Source: Macrostomum lignano (lineage: Eukaryota). Taken from it: a DNA stretch of 64,000 nucleotides. The notes under the pieces were generated by a model. It saw nothing but the letters and a program-made list of their open reading frames with translations. It made no database searches and was not told the DNA's origin. Every line of letters begins with the position of its first letter. Positions within the stretch are counted from its first letter, which is position 1. The DNA is taken from positions 366,979 through 430,978 of the forward strand of contig NIVC01000753.1 in the NCBI GenBank assembly GCA_002269645.1. The letters are read 5' to 3'. Below, piece by piece: positions 1 to 18,035 of this stretch. Both the position numbers and the translations under genes were made by a program.

Positions 1-2
1 AG

Positions 3-1671
3 GGCCCGCCGGGGCCGAAAGGCCAGCAGGGTGATCACGGCGACGGCGGCGACAACGGTTCCAAAGGCGAGCCGGGCAGCGACGGTGACCGCGGTCCGGA
101 GGGTCGCAACCTGCGGGGCGACATGTTCGCGTTGCACAGTCAGCGGACCGACGTTCCCGGTTGTCCCAGCGGCACGCAGCGCCTTTGGGCCGGCTACTCG
201 TTCATGTCGGTGTTCTCGAACTCGTACACCAAAGTCTACGACCTCGGCAGTCCCGGCTCCTGCCTTCGACGCTTCAACGTAATGCCATTCAGCCTGTGCG
301 AGAACTCCAAGAACTGCCACAACGCCCAGAGGAACAGCCTGTCCTACTGGCTGAGCACGGACGTCTCCGTTACCATGGAGATGGCAATGGACTTGGACAC
401 CTACAGGAACATGTCCCAGTACATCAGCCGTTGCGCCGTGTGCTATTCGCCCAGCAAGGTTAGTAGCAACTATTGTTTACTTTATTAGCATCTACGCACT
501 GAGGCGATGTACATTGAGAAAATATACGCTGTATTTAAATCAGCTTTAAGAAACCGAAAAAAGATCCATTCGTTACCACCACTCTCCATCTATTTGCAGG
601 TGTACGCATTTCACAACTACACCAATACTAGGCCGAATTGTCCCTCGGGATGGAGATCGCTCTGGGATGGTCACAGCCTCTTAACAGTGAGTATCTATTG
701 GCATCAAACTGTCAATGACTATACTTATGCTTAATAAGCACACTCAGCCACCCACAAGCACACTCAGCCACCCACAAGCACACTCAGACATCCACAAGCA
801 CACTACTCAGCCATCCACAAGCACACTCAGACATCCACAAGCACCATCAGACATCCACAAGCACCATCAGACATCCACAAGCACCATCAGACATCCACAA
901 GCACCATCAGACATCCACAAGCACACTCAGACATCCACAAGCACCATCAGACATCCACAAGCACACTCAGACATCCACAAGCACACTCAGACATCCACAA
1001 GCACCATCAGACATCCACAAGCACCATCAGACATCCACAAGCACCATCAGACATCCACAAGCACCATCAGACATCCACAAGCACCATCAGACATCCACAA
1101 GCACCATCAGACATCCACAAGCACACTCAGACATCCACAAGCACCATCAGACATCCACAAGCACACTCAGACATCCACAAGCACACTCAGACATCCACAA
1201 GCACCATCAGACATCCACAAGCACCATCAGACATCCACAAGCACCATCAGACATCCACAAGCACCATCAGACATCCACAAGCACCATCAGACATCCACAA
1301 GCACCATCAGACATCCACAAGCACCATCAGACATCCACAAGCACCATCAGACATCCACAAGCAGCAACCCGTCGCCCCCACCGCAGTTCGGCCGCCAAAC
1401 CCCTGGAGATTCGGTGCAGCCCCTGTCCTCGCCAGGCAGCTGCCTAAGGTTCAAGAAGAACATGTTCATCGAATGCCGAGGCGAGGGCAGCTGCGGCTAC
1501 TTCAAAGACTTTCACACCCTGTGGCTGCGCGCCACGGAGACAGAGGAACCCGTGCTGAAATCAGAGACCTTCACCTACGCGAGCGGCACTGGCCACATAG
1601 CCAGGTGCGTCGTCTGCACCAGGAACATTATCGAATGGGCCAAGTACATTAACGGTACCCTGACAGTTTGA
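3..1671 (+). CDS. Type IV collagen-like alpha chain, 3' end (Gly-X-Y tail + NC1/C4 domain); 5'-partial; exons <3-458, 600-686, 1387-1671
   Basis: Frame from base 3 reads GPPGPKGQQGDHG... then NC1 motifs (CPSGTQRLWAGYS, DLGSPGSCLRRF, YISRCAVC; CPSGWRSLWDGHS; SPGSCL..FIECRGEGSC; HIARCVVC). GT-AG introns 459-599 and 687-1386 keep the frame (phase 0, 0); stop TGA 1669-1671. Confidence 0.92.
736..1362. repeat. 20-nt minisatellite (GCACCATCAGACATCCACAA and variants) in the second visible collagen intron
   Basis: Tandem periodicity directly visible, three units per 60-nt line. Confidence 0.95.
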
Positions 1672-2817
1672 AACACGCTACCTTGCTGCTGGCTATGTTG
1701 GATAAATTTCGGTACAAATCTGTGACATTATAGTGTTCGAATAATCGAATAATATATTTCTATTGCTAGTTGCTATTTATTTATTACCCGAATGTTGAAA
1801 TTATTCTGCTCCGCGTTGCCGTTGCCGTTTCCTTAAAAAATTATGCTGAAGCACTAGAATTTCTATCTATGCTCCCCCCCTAACTGACGCTGTCACGCGG
1901 CACAAAAGTCATACAATGTCATTAATGCCCTGGCAACCTGATCACCAGCCGGTTGATAAACTCTTGGGGCAGCTGAGACCAGGCAAAACTTTTGGGCCGT
2001 TTGGCATCGCGAGTGGGGTGCGTGGGGTGAAAATGTTGCTAAGTATATAATATATTAAAATCATACAAATATACACTCACATAGTAAGAAATAAAGCTTA
2101 ACTTTCATATTTAATGCTTTTCATGATGTCAAATACGCTTCCCGTACGATTCTGTGCGCTCCAAATGAATGTTTTGGCTCACGTGCAGTACATGATGGCC
2201 AGCGGAGAGAGTACTGTACACGTTTAGAATTTTTAGAAACAATAAATTTGCTTGCTTTCTGCAATTATTTGCTTCCAAAATCAGCGGCAATAAATTGGTG
2301 ACAGAAGCTGTCCCTGTCCACTACTGCAGCTAACGAAGAGGTCAACTGAGGACAAATCCGCGGAGAGAGAGGATCCAAGAAAACTAGAATGATAAAAGAC
2401 AGGGCATAAAACTGCCATATGCGGTGAACTTCCTGGTTCGGTGAACTTTACTGACCGTGACCTGCAGGTGTTAAGCGTTTATGCCAGAAATTTTTATTGA
2501 AGGATGCGCGCGCTGGACCGCCTGCCTCTTGCTGCCGATCGGACCGTTCTTCATCCACGACGGCACCGAACGAGCTGCCTTCAATCAAAACCAACTTTAA
2601 TGATGCAGGAAGTTTCTGGATGCTGGCAGAGTGAAGGGAACGCAACATTCTTGAATTGCCCGTATTCGCGTTGAATTTTGCTGCTATAACGAGAGTATAA
2701 CAGTAGCCAAAGTAGAAAACTATTATATATACGATAGATATGCAGGGATGAACGAAGGTCATGGATTGCTATTATTGAGGAAAGCCATACGCGTCAAATT
2801 ATAGGTACATGCTGTTC

Positions 2818-3672
2818 CAGGAGATGCCTGGAGTCCAGCATTCCATGGAGCAAGCAGCTTCCATTCCAGATGCCTGGAGTCCAGCATTCCATGGAGCAAG
2901 CAGCTTCCATTCCAGATGCCTGGAGTCCAGCATTCCATGGAGCAAGCAGCTTCATTCCAGACGCCTGGAGTCCAGCATTCCATGGAGTAAGCAGCTTCCA
3001 TTCCAGATACCTGGAGTCCAGCATTCCATGGAGTAAGCAGCTTCCATTCCAGATGCCTGGAGTCCAGCATTCCATGGAGCAAGCAGCTTCCATTCCAGAT
3101 GCCTGGAGTCCAGCATTCCATGGAGCAAGCAGCTTCCATTCCAGATGCCTGGAGTCCAGCATTCCATGGAGCAAGCAGCTTCCATTCCAGATGCCTGGAG
3201 TCCAGCATTCCATGGAGTAAGCAGCTTCCATTCCAGATGCCTGGAGTCCAGCATTCCATGGAGTAAGCAGCTTCCATTCCAGATGCCTGGAGTCCAGCAT
3301 TCCATGGAGCAAGCAGCTTCCATTCCAGATGCCTGGAGTCCAGCATTCCATGGAGTAAGCAGCTTCCATTCCAGATGCCTGGAGTCCAGCATTCCATGGA
3401 GCAAGCAGCTTCCATTCCAGATGCCTGGAGTCCAGCATTCCATGGAGCAAGCAGCTTCCATTCCAGATGCCTGGAGTCCAGCATTCCATGGAGCAAGCAG
3501 CTTCCATTCCAGATGCCTGGAGTCCAGCATTCCATGGAGCAAGCAGCTTCCATTCCAGATGCCTGGAGTCCAGCATTCCATGGAGCAAGCAGCTTCCATT
3601 CCAGATGCCTGGAGTCCAGCATTCCATGGAGCAAGCAGCTTCCATTCCAGATGCCTGGAGTCCAGCATTCCT
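2818..3672. repeat. 46-nt minisatellite (CCAGATGCCTGGAGTCCAGCATTCCATGGAGCAAGCAGCTTCCATT), about 18 copies
   Basis: Near-identical head-to-tail copies with no spacers; explains the many overlapping repetitive ORFs here. Confidence 0.95.
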
Positions 3673-4139
3673 GCATGGAGTAAAGAAAAAACAAGTTTTT
3701 ATTTCAGATGCTTGTTATTTCATGGATTATTGATGTCAATTCCTCTGATGCTACTAGATTTTCGAATCCCATGAAGGATGGTAGTTTCATTCCATAACTC
3801 CTTGACGTCAGGGTGCAGCATGAGTCAGCCATTGAAAATATTTTTCGAATGACATTTTTGCTGCCTTATTTGTCAGCTGAATGGGGTGGGTGGCGCACTG
3901 AGTGCTGGTACGGACGCACCGGACCAGACGGTGTTCAGAATTCATTTCGCTGGGTGCTTTCAGTGTTCAATTTGTTCCTACAGCCTACTGCACAGATCAA
4001 ACTCTCTCTCTCTCACGGGTGCTTGGGCACTCAGTACCTCCTGCCCACTGATGCGTCTGATGCAATAATTGGGCATTCAGACAGACCTAAATCTCCATGC
4101 CCACTCGCTTGTCTCACCCTCCACTGCCACCTTATCACA

Positions 4140-4325
4140 CTCCTCTCAGCTCTCCCTCTCTCTCTCTCTCACTCTCCTCTCATTCTCTTCTTTCCATCCT
4201 AAACTTTCTGTTTTTCTCGCGCTTTTACGCTTCTTCATTCCTCAGTACGAGCGTATTGTCCCTCTTTCACTTTCACTGTCCAAGTCCACCTGCTCCCGTT
4301 CCCCTCCACGCCACTTTCCCTGTCC
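4140..4325. repeat. Copy 1 of a ~185-bp pyrimidine-rich direct repeat (copy 2 at ~7335-7510)
   Basis: Shared sequence TTCTCTTCTTTCCATCCTAAA...TTTTACGCTTCTT..ATTCCTCAGTACG..CGTATTGTCCCTCTTTCACTTTCACT..CCAAG...CCTCCACGCCACTTT in both places, with scattered mismatches. Confidence 0.85.
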
Positions 4326-4352
4326 CCGAAAGTTCTGCCGAATTCTGCCGAA

Positions 4353-5927
4353 ATCCACAAGCCTGTCGAATCGTGCCCGCTCGGCGACATTCCACCGGGC
4401 CGGCCCATCGTGTCTGATGTGGACAGCGAGTCCTACGCCAGCGGCCGCTTCATCGACAGTTTCCGGCAGCCCATCGTCATCAGGCTGCCCAGCTTCATCA
4501 GGGACACCGACCACTTCCAGGCCGCCATCCGCGGGATCACCTGTCCGACGTCTGAGGAAACCTTCCTGTTCACCATGGACGTTGCCAGCCTGTACACCAA
4601 CATTCCGACGGAAGCCGGCCTCGAGTGCGTGCGGAGAGCATTCAGGGAGCACCCGGACAGTCAGCGCCCGGATGCCAGCCTCCTCAGTCTGCTCAAGCCG
4701 AATCTGGAGCGCAACGACTTCGGATTTAATGGCAGCTACTTCCTGCAGGTCAAAGGCACGGCCATGGGAAAGTCGTTTGCGCCCAGCTACAGCAACATCT
4801 ACATGGGCTACTGGGAGCAGCACGGCCTGGCGGTCAGCCCGCAGAAACCCGCCCTGTGGCTCCGTTACATTGATGATATCTTCGGCGTGTGGCGCGGGAC
4901 GGAAGACGAACTGATCCGCTTCCACGGACTCCTTGATGACCTTGACCCGAATATTAGGCTGCAACTCAACTACAGCAGCACGGAGGTGGCCTTTTTGGAC
5001 ACCACCGTCTTCTGGGTCCGCGAGGGCGACGTTAAGCGCCTGGCAACCAAGGTGTATTTCAAGCTGACCGACAGCCGAACGCTCATTCACCGTGACTCTT
5101 TCCACCCGAAGTGGACGTTCCGGGGCGTAGTGAAGTCCCAGCTCCTCAGATACGCCCGACGGTGCTCCCGGATGGCCGATTTCGACGCAGCGTGCACTGG
5201 GCTGTTTTCAAGTCTGGTGCAGCACCAGGGCTACAATCGGCGGTTCCTGCGCACGATTAAGTACGAGATGCTGACGGAGCTGGGCTTCTACCCGACGAGA
5301 CGGTGGGAATTCGGCTCGGAATGCAACCCGACCCGGCTGTGCAGGTGCTGCCGGACACACACCAGGTTCACCTCCGTCTGCCCCGGATCAGCAGCCACGA
5401 CAGTCCAGCTCATCATCAGTCAGTGGATCGACTGCAACGCCACCAACGCCGTCTACGCCGTGTTCTGCCGCCGGTGCGACCACACTGTCTACATCGGTGA
5501 GACTGCGAACAGCATCCGCGGCCGCATGCTGGCGCACATCGGCGACATCCGGCACGCCCGTTACACTCCGGTGGCCCGCCACTTCACCAGTGATGGTCAC
5601 AGTCTGGCGGACTTCGGCTTCACCGGCATCTGGTCACGTGACGGCACGGGACCCAGAGCGAACGAGCGGCGTCAGCGCTACGACGCCAAGCTCATCGAGG
5701 TGTTAAAGACTCGAGCCCCGCACGGCGTCAACGAGCTTGCCGGCACGCTGCATAACCCGGCCATCCCGCTGATCCTGCCCCATTGTGCGAGGTCGGACGC
5801 CCTCGTGGCCGCGGTGAAGGATCGCGTGGCCCGGCACTGCGAGGCCCTGGTGCTGCCCTCCTACACCAAAGGGCGGAACCTCCGGCAGCTGCTCTGTCCC
5901 AGTCGACTGGAGTCCACCACTGATTGA
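4353..5927 (+). CDS. Penelope-like reverse transcriptase + GIY-YIG endonuclease (N-terminally truncated; no native start)
   Basis: In frame from 4353: IHKP...PGRPIVSD, TMDVASLYTNIP, QVKGTAMGKSFAPSYSNIYM, WLRYIDDIF, VAFLD, and the endonuclease NAVYAVFCRRC...YIGET...RM..H. The LPK of LPKIHK sits in another frame at 4344-4352. Confidence 0.93.
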   Translation: MHKPVESCPLGDIPPGRPIVSDVDSESYASGRFIDSFRQPIVIRLPSFIRDTDHFQAAIRGITCPTSEETFLFTMDVASLYTNIPTEAGLECVRRAFREHPDSQRPDASLLSLLKPNLERNDFGFNGSYFLQVKGTAMGKSFAPSYSNIYMGYWEQHGLAVSPQKPALWLRYIDDIFGVWRGTEDELIRFHGLLDDLDPNIRLQLNYSSTEVAFLDTTVFWVREGDVKRLATKVYFKLTDSRTLIHRDSFHPKWTFRGVVKSQLLRYARRCSRMADFDAACTGLFSSLVQHQGYNRRFLRTIKYEMLTELGFYPTRRWEFGSECNPTRLCRCCRTHTRFTSVCPGSAATTVQLIISQWIDCNATNAVYAVFCRRCDHTVYIGETANSIRGRMLAHIGDIRHARYTPVARHFTSDGHSLADFGFTGIWSRDGTGPRANERRQRYDAKLIEVLKTRAPHGVNELAGTLHNPAIPLILPHCARSDALVAAVKDRVARHCEALVLPSYTKGRNLRQLLCPSRLESTTD

Positions 5928-6499
5928 ATTTTTATTTTATTTTTTTATTTTCATTGCTACTTAGCTTTGTCAAGACCGTGCTGGTACCTACCTAGCCTCT
6001 TATTGCTCATTTCTTAGGCTTGGGGGATTTTTTATTCTCATCGCTAGTCCAAGTTCAGCTTTTGTATATTCTCAGCATTTATTCTCCATCTAGATTTCTA
6101 TTGTTTTTTGACATCCTGTACATTTTTATTACACTTTTCTCTTTTACTATTTTGCTTATCGTACAATTGCTTATTTTTTCAGTTTTTGAGGGCCTTCTCA
6201 TTATTTATTTATTGAGGTAATTTTCTAAAGAGCTTAGCGTCACTCTTTCCTTTTTAGACACCGGTGCAGTTGCACCGCTCCTATATTTATTTCGCGTGTA
6301 GGGTCGCTGCAGCCCACGTGCGGTTCACTTTATTTGTGCACTGATTCAGTGATTTTGCATTTTTAAGTCTAATAGTGTTTTATCGACTCACACCAAGTGT
6401 ACATACCGTACGCTCTCTCTATCCACCTGTCTACTCTCTCTCCCCTCTCACCCCGCCTATTTAATAACTTTTACAACGCCACTTGTCGCTACTTTTCAC

Positions 6500-6541
6500 T
6501 TGCCCTAACGAAGAAATATAACAATTTCGAAATATCGGCAA
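6500..6541 (+). ncRNA. Minimal type I hammerhead-ribozyme-like motif (core variant CUAACGA)
   Basis: Helix I TTGCC(6500-04)/GGCAA(6537-41); core CTAACGA(6505-11)+A; helix II GAAAT(6513-17)/ATTTC(6524-28); GAAA(6529-32); palindromic ATAT mini-helix III; putative AUC cleavage at 6536. G5 is replaced by A. Confidence 0.6.
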
Positions 6542-6699
6542 CTGTTACAATTTAAACCTTTTGCTCCTGGTCTTTTTACCGTGTTAGTGCCCGGGATTGG
6601 AGGCTCTCCTCTCTCTCCCTCTCTCCCCCTCTCTCTCAGTCTCTCTCTCCCTCACTCACTCTCCTCTCAGCTATCTCTCTCCCTCTCTCTTTTTATTAG

Positions 6700-7054
6700 A
6701 GGCAGGGGTTGTGTGCACCCCGGCGCACTTTAAGCGACATAGGCACACAACCGGCGAGAGGCATTACTGCCCATTCCGCCGACTCCCCTGAGCAGGCATA
6801 CAAGCGCGCGGATACGTACGCAGTCATACGCACAGACACACACTCACACAGGAGTGTACAGCGGCCCTAACTTTATATTATCGTTAGGCATGTACACTTC
6901 ACTGCGCCTTGGGGGGTTGGCTCTCAAGGCCGTTAATTGCACGAGCAGAGCCAAGCCGAGATTCCAATTCAGCCCCAAATTAATGTGACTGCACTTGGAA
7001 TCGAGCCTGGGTTGCTGGCACACCAGAGCCTGCGCTAGACCGGTGGGCTACGGC
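6700..7054 (-). mobile_element. Probable tRNA-derived SINE
   Basis: Minus strand begins GCCGTAGCCCACCGG (A-box-like) ... GGCTCGATTCC (B-box-like). Its body shares motifs with 21305-21470. The 5' (left) boundary is approximate. Confidence 0.55.
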
Positions 7055-7059
7055 CCCCC

Positions 7060-7370
7060 TCTCTCCCTCTCTCACTCTCCTCTCGGCTCTCCCTCTCTCA
7101 CTCTCCTCTCAGCTCTCCCTCTCTCACTCTCCTCTCAGCTCTCCCTCTCTCACTCTCCTCTCAGCTCTCCCTCTCTCACTCTCCTCTCAGCTCTCCCTCT
7201 CTCACTCTCCTCTCAGCTCTCCCTCTCTCACTCTCCTCTCAGCTCTCCCTCTCTCACTCTCCTCTCAGCTCTCCCTCTCTCACTCTCCTCTCAGCTCTCC
7301 CTCTCTCACTCTCCTCTCAGCTCTCCCTCTCTCACTCTCCTCTCAGCTCTCCTCTCCCTCTCTCACTCTC
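7060..7370. repeat. 26-nt CT-rich minisatellite (CTCTCCCTCTCTCACTCTCCTCTCAG)
   Basis: Tandem copies directly visible. Confidence 0.9.
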
Positions 7371-7742
7371 TCGTTCTCTTCTTTCCATCCTAAATGTTTT
7401 TCTCGCGTTTTTACGCTTCTTAATTCCTCAGTACGCTCGTATTGTCCCTCTTTCACTTTCACTCTCCAAGCCCACATGCTCCCGTTTCCCTCCACGCCAC
7501 TTTCTCTATCCTAGAGTCAGAGTCAGATGTGCCAATCCGGTCAACAGGCCAATGCTGTACTGCTTGACATTCCAAAGTTAATTGATAAAAACTTCGGCAT
7601 TGCAAAAAGAGCCAACAGTTCTAAGGAGAAAAATGTAAATTGCGATCAATAAAACTACTGCACTCGGCTGGTACCAACAGCTTGTGGGATTTTGCTATGG
7701 GGTTAACTCCAGAATGTTCAACAACACCATTCTGGTGCCCTC

Positions 7743-9008
7743 TACTAAGCGCCATCACACTAAGCGCCATCACACTAAGCGCCATCACACTAAGCGCCAT
7801 CACACTAAGCGCCATCACACTAAGCGCCATCACACTAAGTGCCATCATACTAAGTGCCATCAAACTAAGCGCCATCACACTAAGCGCCATCACACTAAGT
7901 GCCATCATACTAAGTGCCATCATACTAAGTGCCATCATACTAAGTGCCATCATACTAAGTGCCATCATACTAAGTGCCATCGTACTAAGTGCCATCATAC
8001 TAAGTGCCATCACACTAAGCGCCATCAAACTAAGCGCCATCACACTAAGCGCCATCACACTAAGTGCCATCATACTAAGTGCCATCATACTAAGCGCCAT
8101 CATACTAAGCGCCATCACACTAAGCGCCATCATACTAAGCGCCATCACACTAAGTGCCATCATACTAAGCGCCATCATACTAAGTGCCATCACACTAAGT
8201 GCCATCATACAATACTAAGAGCCATCACACTAAGCGCCATCATACAATACTAAGCGCCATCAAACTAAGCGCCATCATACTAAGCGCCATCACACTAAGC
8301 GCCATCACACTAAGCGCCATCACACTAAGCGCCATCATACTAAGCGCCATCACACTAAGCGCCATCACACTAAGCGCCATCATACAATACTAAGCGCCAT
8401 CACACTAAGCGCCATCACACTAAGCGCCATCATACAATACTAAGCGCCATCACACTAAGCGCCATCACACTAAGCGCCATCACACTAAGCGCCATCACAC
8501 TAAGCGCCATCATACAATACTAAGCGCCATCACACTAAGCGCCATCACACTAAGCGCCATCACACTAAGCGCCATCATACTAAGCGTCATCACACTAAGC
8601 GCCATCACACTAAGCGCCATCATACTAAGCGTCATCACACTAAGCGCCATCACACTAAGCGCCATCATACTAAGCGTCATCACACTAAGCGCCATCACAC
8701 TAAGCGCCATCACACTAAGCGCCATCATACTAAGCGTCATCATACTAAGCGCCATCACACTAAGCGCCATCACACTAAGCGCCATCACACTAAGCGCCAT
8801 CATACTAAGCGTCATCACACTAAGCGCCATCACACTAAGCGCCATCATACTAAGCGCCATCACACTAAGCGCCATCATACTAAGCGCCATCACACTAAGC
8901 GCCATCATACTAAGCGTCATCACACTAAGCGCCATCACACTAAGCGCCATCATACTAAGCGCCATCACACTAAGCGCCATCACACTAAGCGCCATCACAC
9001 TAAGCGCC
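7743..9008. repeat. 15-nt minisatellite (ACTAAGCGCCATCAC and variants), ~1.27 kb
   Basis: Tandem periodicity directly visible; source of the SAITL/KRHHT/MALSV pseudo-ORFs. Confidence 0.97.
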
Positions 9009-9656
9009 TACTGCTAATTATTGTCAGCAAACTCTGACAGGAGCACCTATTGTCAGACAGGAGCACCTATTGAAATCAATTTTTGGATGTTTTTACTGCA
9101 GCTTGCATCCGAGACAACTGCAATGGATTAGATAATTTTGCAATAGCTCGTATATCTTGCCACACCAAACTGCAAATTTTTCGTAGCTTTCGCAGTCGAG
9201 TGGTTTGCACTATTGTGCACTAATAGTTGCTAGACAGGCAGACAGACAGGCAAACACGCTCAGGACCCGCCTCCTTACCTGCAGAGCCACGGGTTTCTTT
9301 TTCGCTGCTTTCGCTGGGCCATCGCAGTGAAGATGGATGGCAAAAAACGGCTCTGTTGGGTCGCTTTGGAAGTGCTTTCTCTACCCCGATGTCAGACGCT
9401 GGGGGGGGGGCGCAGGGAAAAGGCATCTGGGCATCTGCGCCGACTTCCAGCCCGAGAGGAGCTGCCTGGTGTTATCATTGACCTTTCTTCTTAAAAAACC
9501 CGACCGAAAACATCGAATGGGAACCGATTGGGAAAGTTGGGTTGATGGGAAGCTGTAACTGCAGCTGCATAATAGCAGTAGATAGTGGCGACCCAAGGCA
9601 GCGATAAATAACAGCAGTAGGTAAACAAAGACAATGGCGATGACAAATTTAAAGGA

Positions 9657-9657
<1 letters not shown>

Positions 9658-9725
<68 letters not shown>
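9658..9725. repeat. (AAC)n microsatellite
   Basis: Pure AAC run. Confidence 0.98.
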
Positions 9726-9727
<2 letters not shown>

Positions 9728-10045
9728 AGAAATCTGTTTGTGCAAACTTCTCAAAATTCTCGCTAGATAAGAAATATTGGTACGACGCATTTTGTCGATC
9801 TTCCTGCCTCAATAAACTGAGTCAGCACAGCACACGAAGTACTACGAAAAGAACAAAATATTTATGCAAGAGCTGAAAAATCTAGTAACTATAAAAAATA
9901 TTGCTGACACTGTATTTTCGCAACTACTCTACTTATGCAATTTAGTAGTATGATGCCAACAATTTATTTTTTATACGATTTTAGGAACTGAACCTGAAAT
10001 TATCATTTCGGCCGTCTATACGTTCTTTCTATCAACCTGTCGTAC

Positions 10046-10756
10046 ATGTATCTCACCCTGTCTTATCTCACCCTCACCTTGTCTTGTCTCACCCTGTGTT
10101 ATTTCACCCTCATCCTGTCTTATCTCATCACCCTATCTTATCTCACCCTCACCCTGTCTTATCCGACCCTCACCTTGTCTTATCTCACCCTTCTTATCCT
10201 ACCATCACCTTGTTTTATCTCACCCTGTCTTATCTCGCCCTCATCTTGTCTTATCTCACCCTGTGTTATCTCACTCTCACAGTCACCCTGTCTTATCTCA
10301 CCCTCACCCTATCTTATCTCACCCTCACCCTTTCTTATCTCACCCTCAATCTGTCTTATCTTACCCTTACCCTGTCTTATCCCACCCTCACCCTGTCGTA
10401 TCTCACCCTGTCTTATCTCACCCTGTCTTATCTCACCCTGTCTTATCTCACCCTGTCTTATCTCACCCTGTCTTATCTCACCCTGTCTTATCTCACCCTG
10501 TCTTATCTCACCCTGTCTTATCTCACCCTGTCTTATCTCACCCTGTCTTATCTCACCCTGTCTTATCTCACCCTGTCTTATCTCACCCTGTCTTATCTCA
10601 CCCTGTCTTATCTCACCCTGTCTTATCTCACCCTGTCTTATCTCACCCTGTCTTATCTCACCCTGTCTTATCTCACCCTGTCTTATCTCACCCTGTCTTA
10701 TCTCACCCTGTCTTATCTCACCCTGTCTTATCTCACCCTGTCTTATCTCACCCTGC
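10046..10756. repeat. 15-nt minisatellite (TCTCACCCTGTCTTA), degenerate at left and homogeneous at right
   Basis: Perfect copies from about 10400 to 10756; mixed 15/21-nt variants from 10046 to 10400. Confidence 0.95.
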
Positions 10757-10897
10757 ACCATCTAATCCATTTAAACACAAATATACTGTAAAAAATATTG
10801 GTTTCAATCGCACGAATTAATAAAAAATTCAGTCAGGGTTAATATTATATTGTTACCAGTACGCTCGTAAGTATACTATAGATTTAGTATCGCGCTA

Positions 10898-17043
<6,146 letters not shown>

Positions 17044-17519
17044 CTTCTGTTCTTGCGAGCGCGTACGGGAAACCCCAACGTCTCTTATATGCTACTTCGT
17101 GTCGAGTCGTGAAAGCTTTTGAGCAGGTCTCTCAATGATTCACTGCAAGCCCTGTTACGGAAAATGTCTCCAGTTTTCAAAGACAATTCCTTATCTTATC
17201 GTCTTTAAGTTGTTGTTTTATCTATTTTCTAAAGAAAATAGACTAGTAAAAAATTCTGTTCTCGAAAAATTTTATTGCGCGCTTTGCTAGATAAATTCCA
17301 ACGAATGTGCGTACGTGTACGTTGGCGGCATTTCAGCAGCCTGATAAAAGGAAACCTGCTACTTTCATTTCGCTCTGATCCTGAGCAAGGGCTTCGAACA
17401 GCTGATGCAATCCGCAGCATGACTTTCAGTAACTTAGAATCAGATTTAACTGCTTATACGGATGTTGCAGTCCACTGCAGATAACGGCACAGTTTGGTAA
17501 TTGATTAAATGCTAATATG

Positions 17520-18035
17520 CTGCACAGACACTGCTCAGACACTGCTCAGACACTGCTCAGACACTGCTCAGACAATACTCAGACAATACTAAGACACTAC
17601 TCAGACACTACTCAGATACTGCTCAGACACTGCTTAGACACTGCTCAGACACTGCTCAAACACTGCTCAAACACTGCTCAGACACTGCTCAGACACTGCT
17701 CAGACACTGCTCAGACACTGCTCAGACAATACTCAGACAATACTAAGACACTACTCAGACACTACTCAGATACTGCTCAGACACTGCTTAGACACTACTC
17801 AGATACTGCTCAGACACTGCTTAGACACTACTCAGATACTGCTCAGACACTGCTTAGACACTACTCAGACACTGCTCAGACACTGCTCAAACACTGCTCA
17901 AACACTGCTCAGACATTGCCCAGACGGCTCAAACACTACTCAAACACTGCTCAAACACTGCTCAAACACTGCTCAGACATTGCCCAGACGGCTCAAACAC
18001 TACTCAAACACTGCTCAAACACTGCTCAGACACTT
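17520..18035. repeat. 11-nt minisatellite (ACTGCTCAGAC and variants)
   Basis: Tandem copies visible. Confidence 0.92.

Larger units (their letters stand above)
4330..6595 (+). mobile_element. Penelope-like retroelement (PLE), 5'-truncated, with AT-rich 3' region
   Basis: RT + GIY-YIG ORF (next feature), long T-rich 3' region and a hammerhead-like motif at 6500-6541, all typical of PLEs. Boundaries approximate. Confidence 0.88.

Noticed and set aside
2818-3672. CRISPR-like palindromic repeat array
   Set aside because: Units are head-to-tail with no unique spacers, there are no cas genes, and the context is eukaryotic.
4140-4325. Penelope pseudo-LTR
   Set aside because: It does not duplicate the element's own 3' region or hammerhead motif, so it is reported only as a flanking direct repeat.
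4242-5105. 287-aa minus-strand ORF
   Set aside because: Antisense shadow of the GC-rich Penelope RT.
7621-8998. Long ORFs (SAITL, KRHHT, MALSV repeats)
   Set aside because: Translations of the 15-nt minisatellite.
10046-10820. Overlapping long repetitive ORFs
   Set aside because: Minisatellite artefacts.
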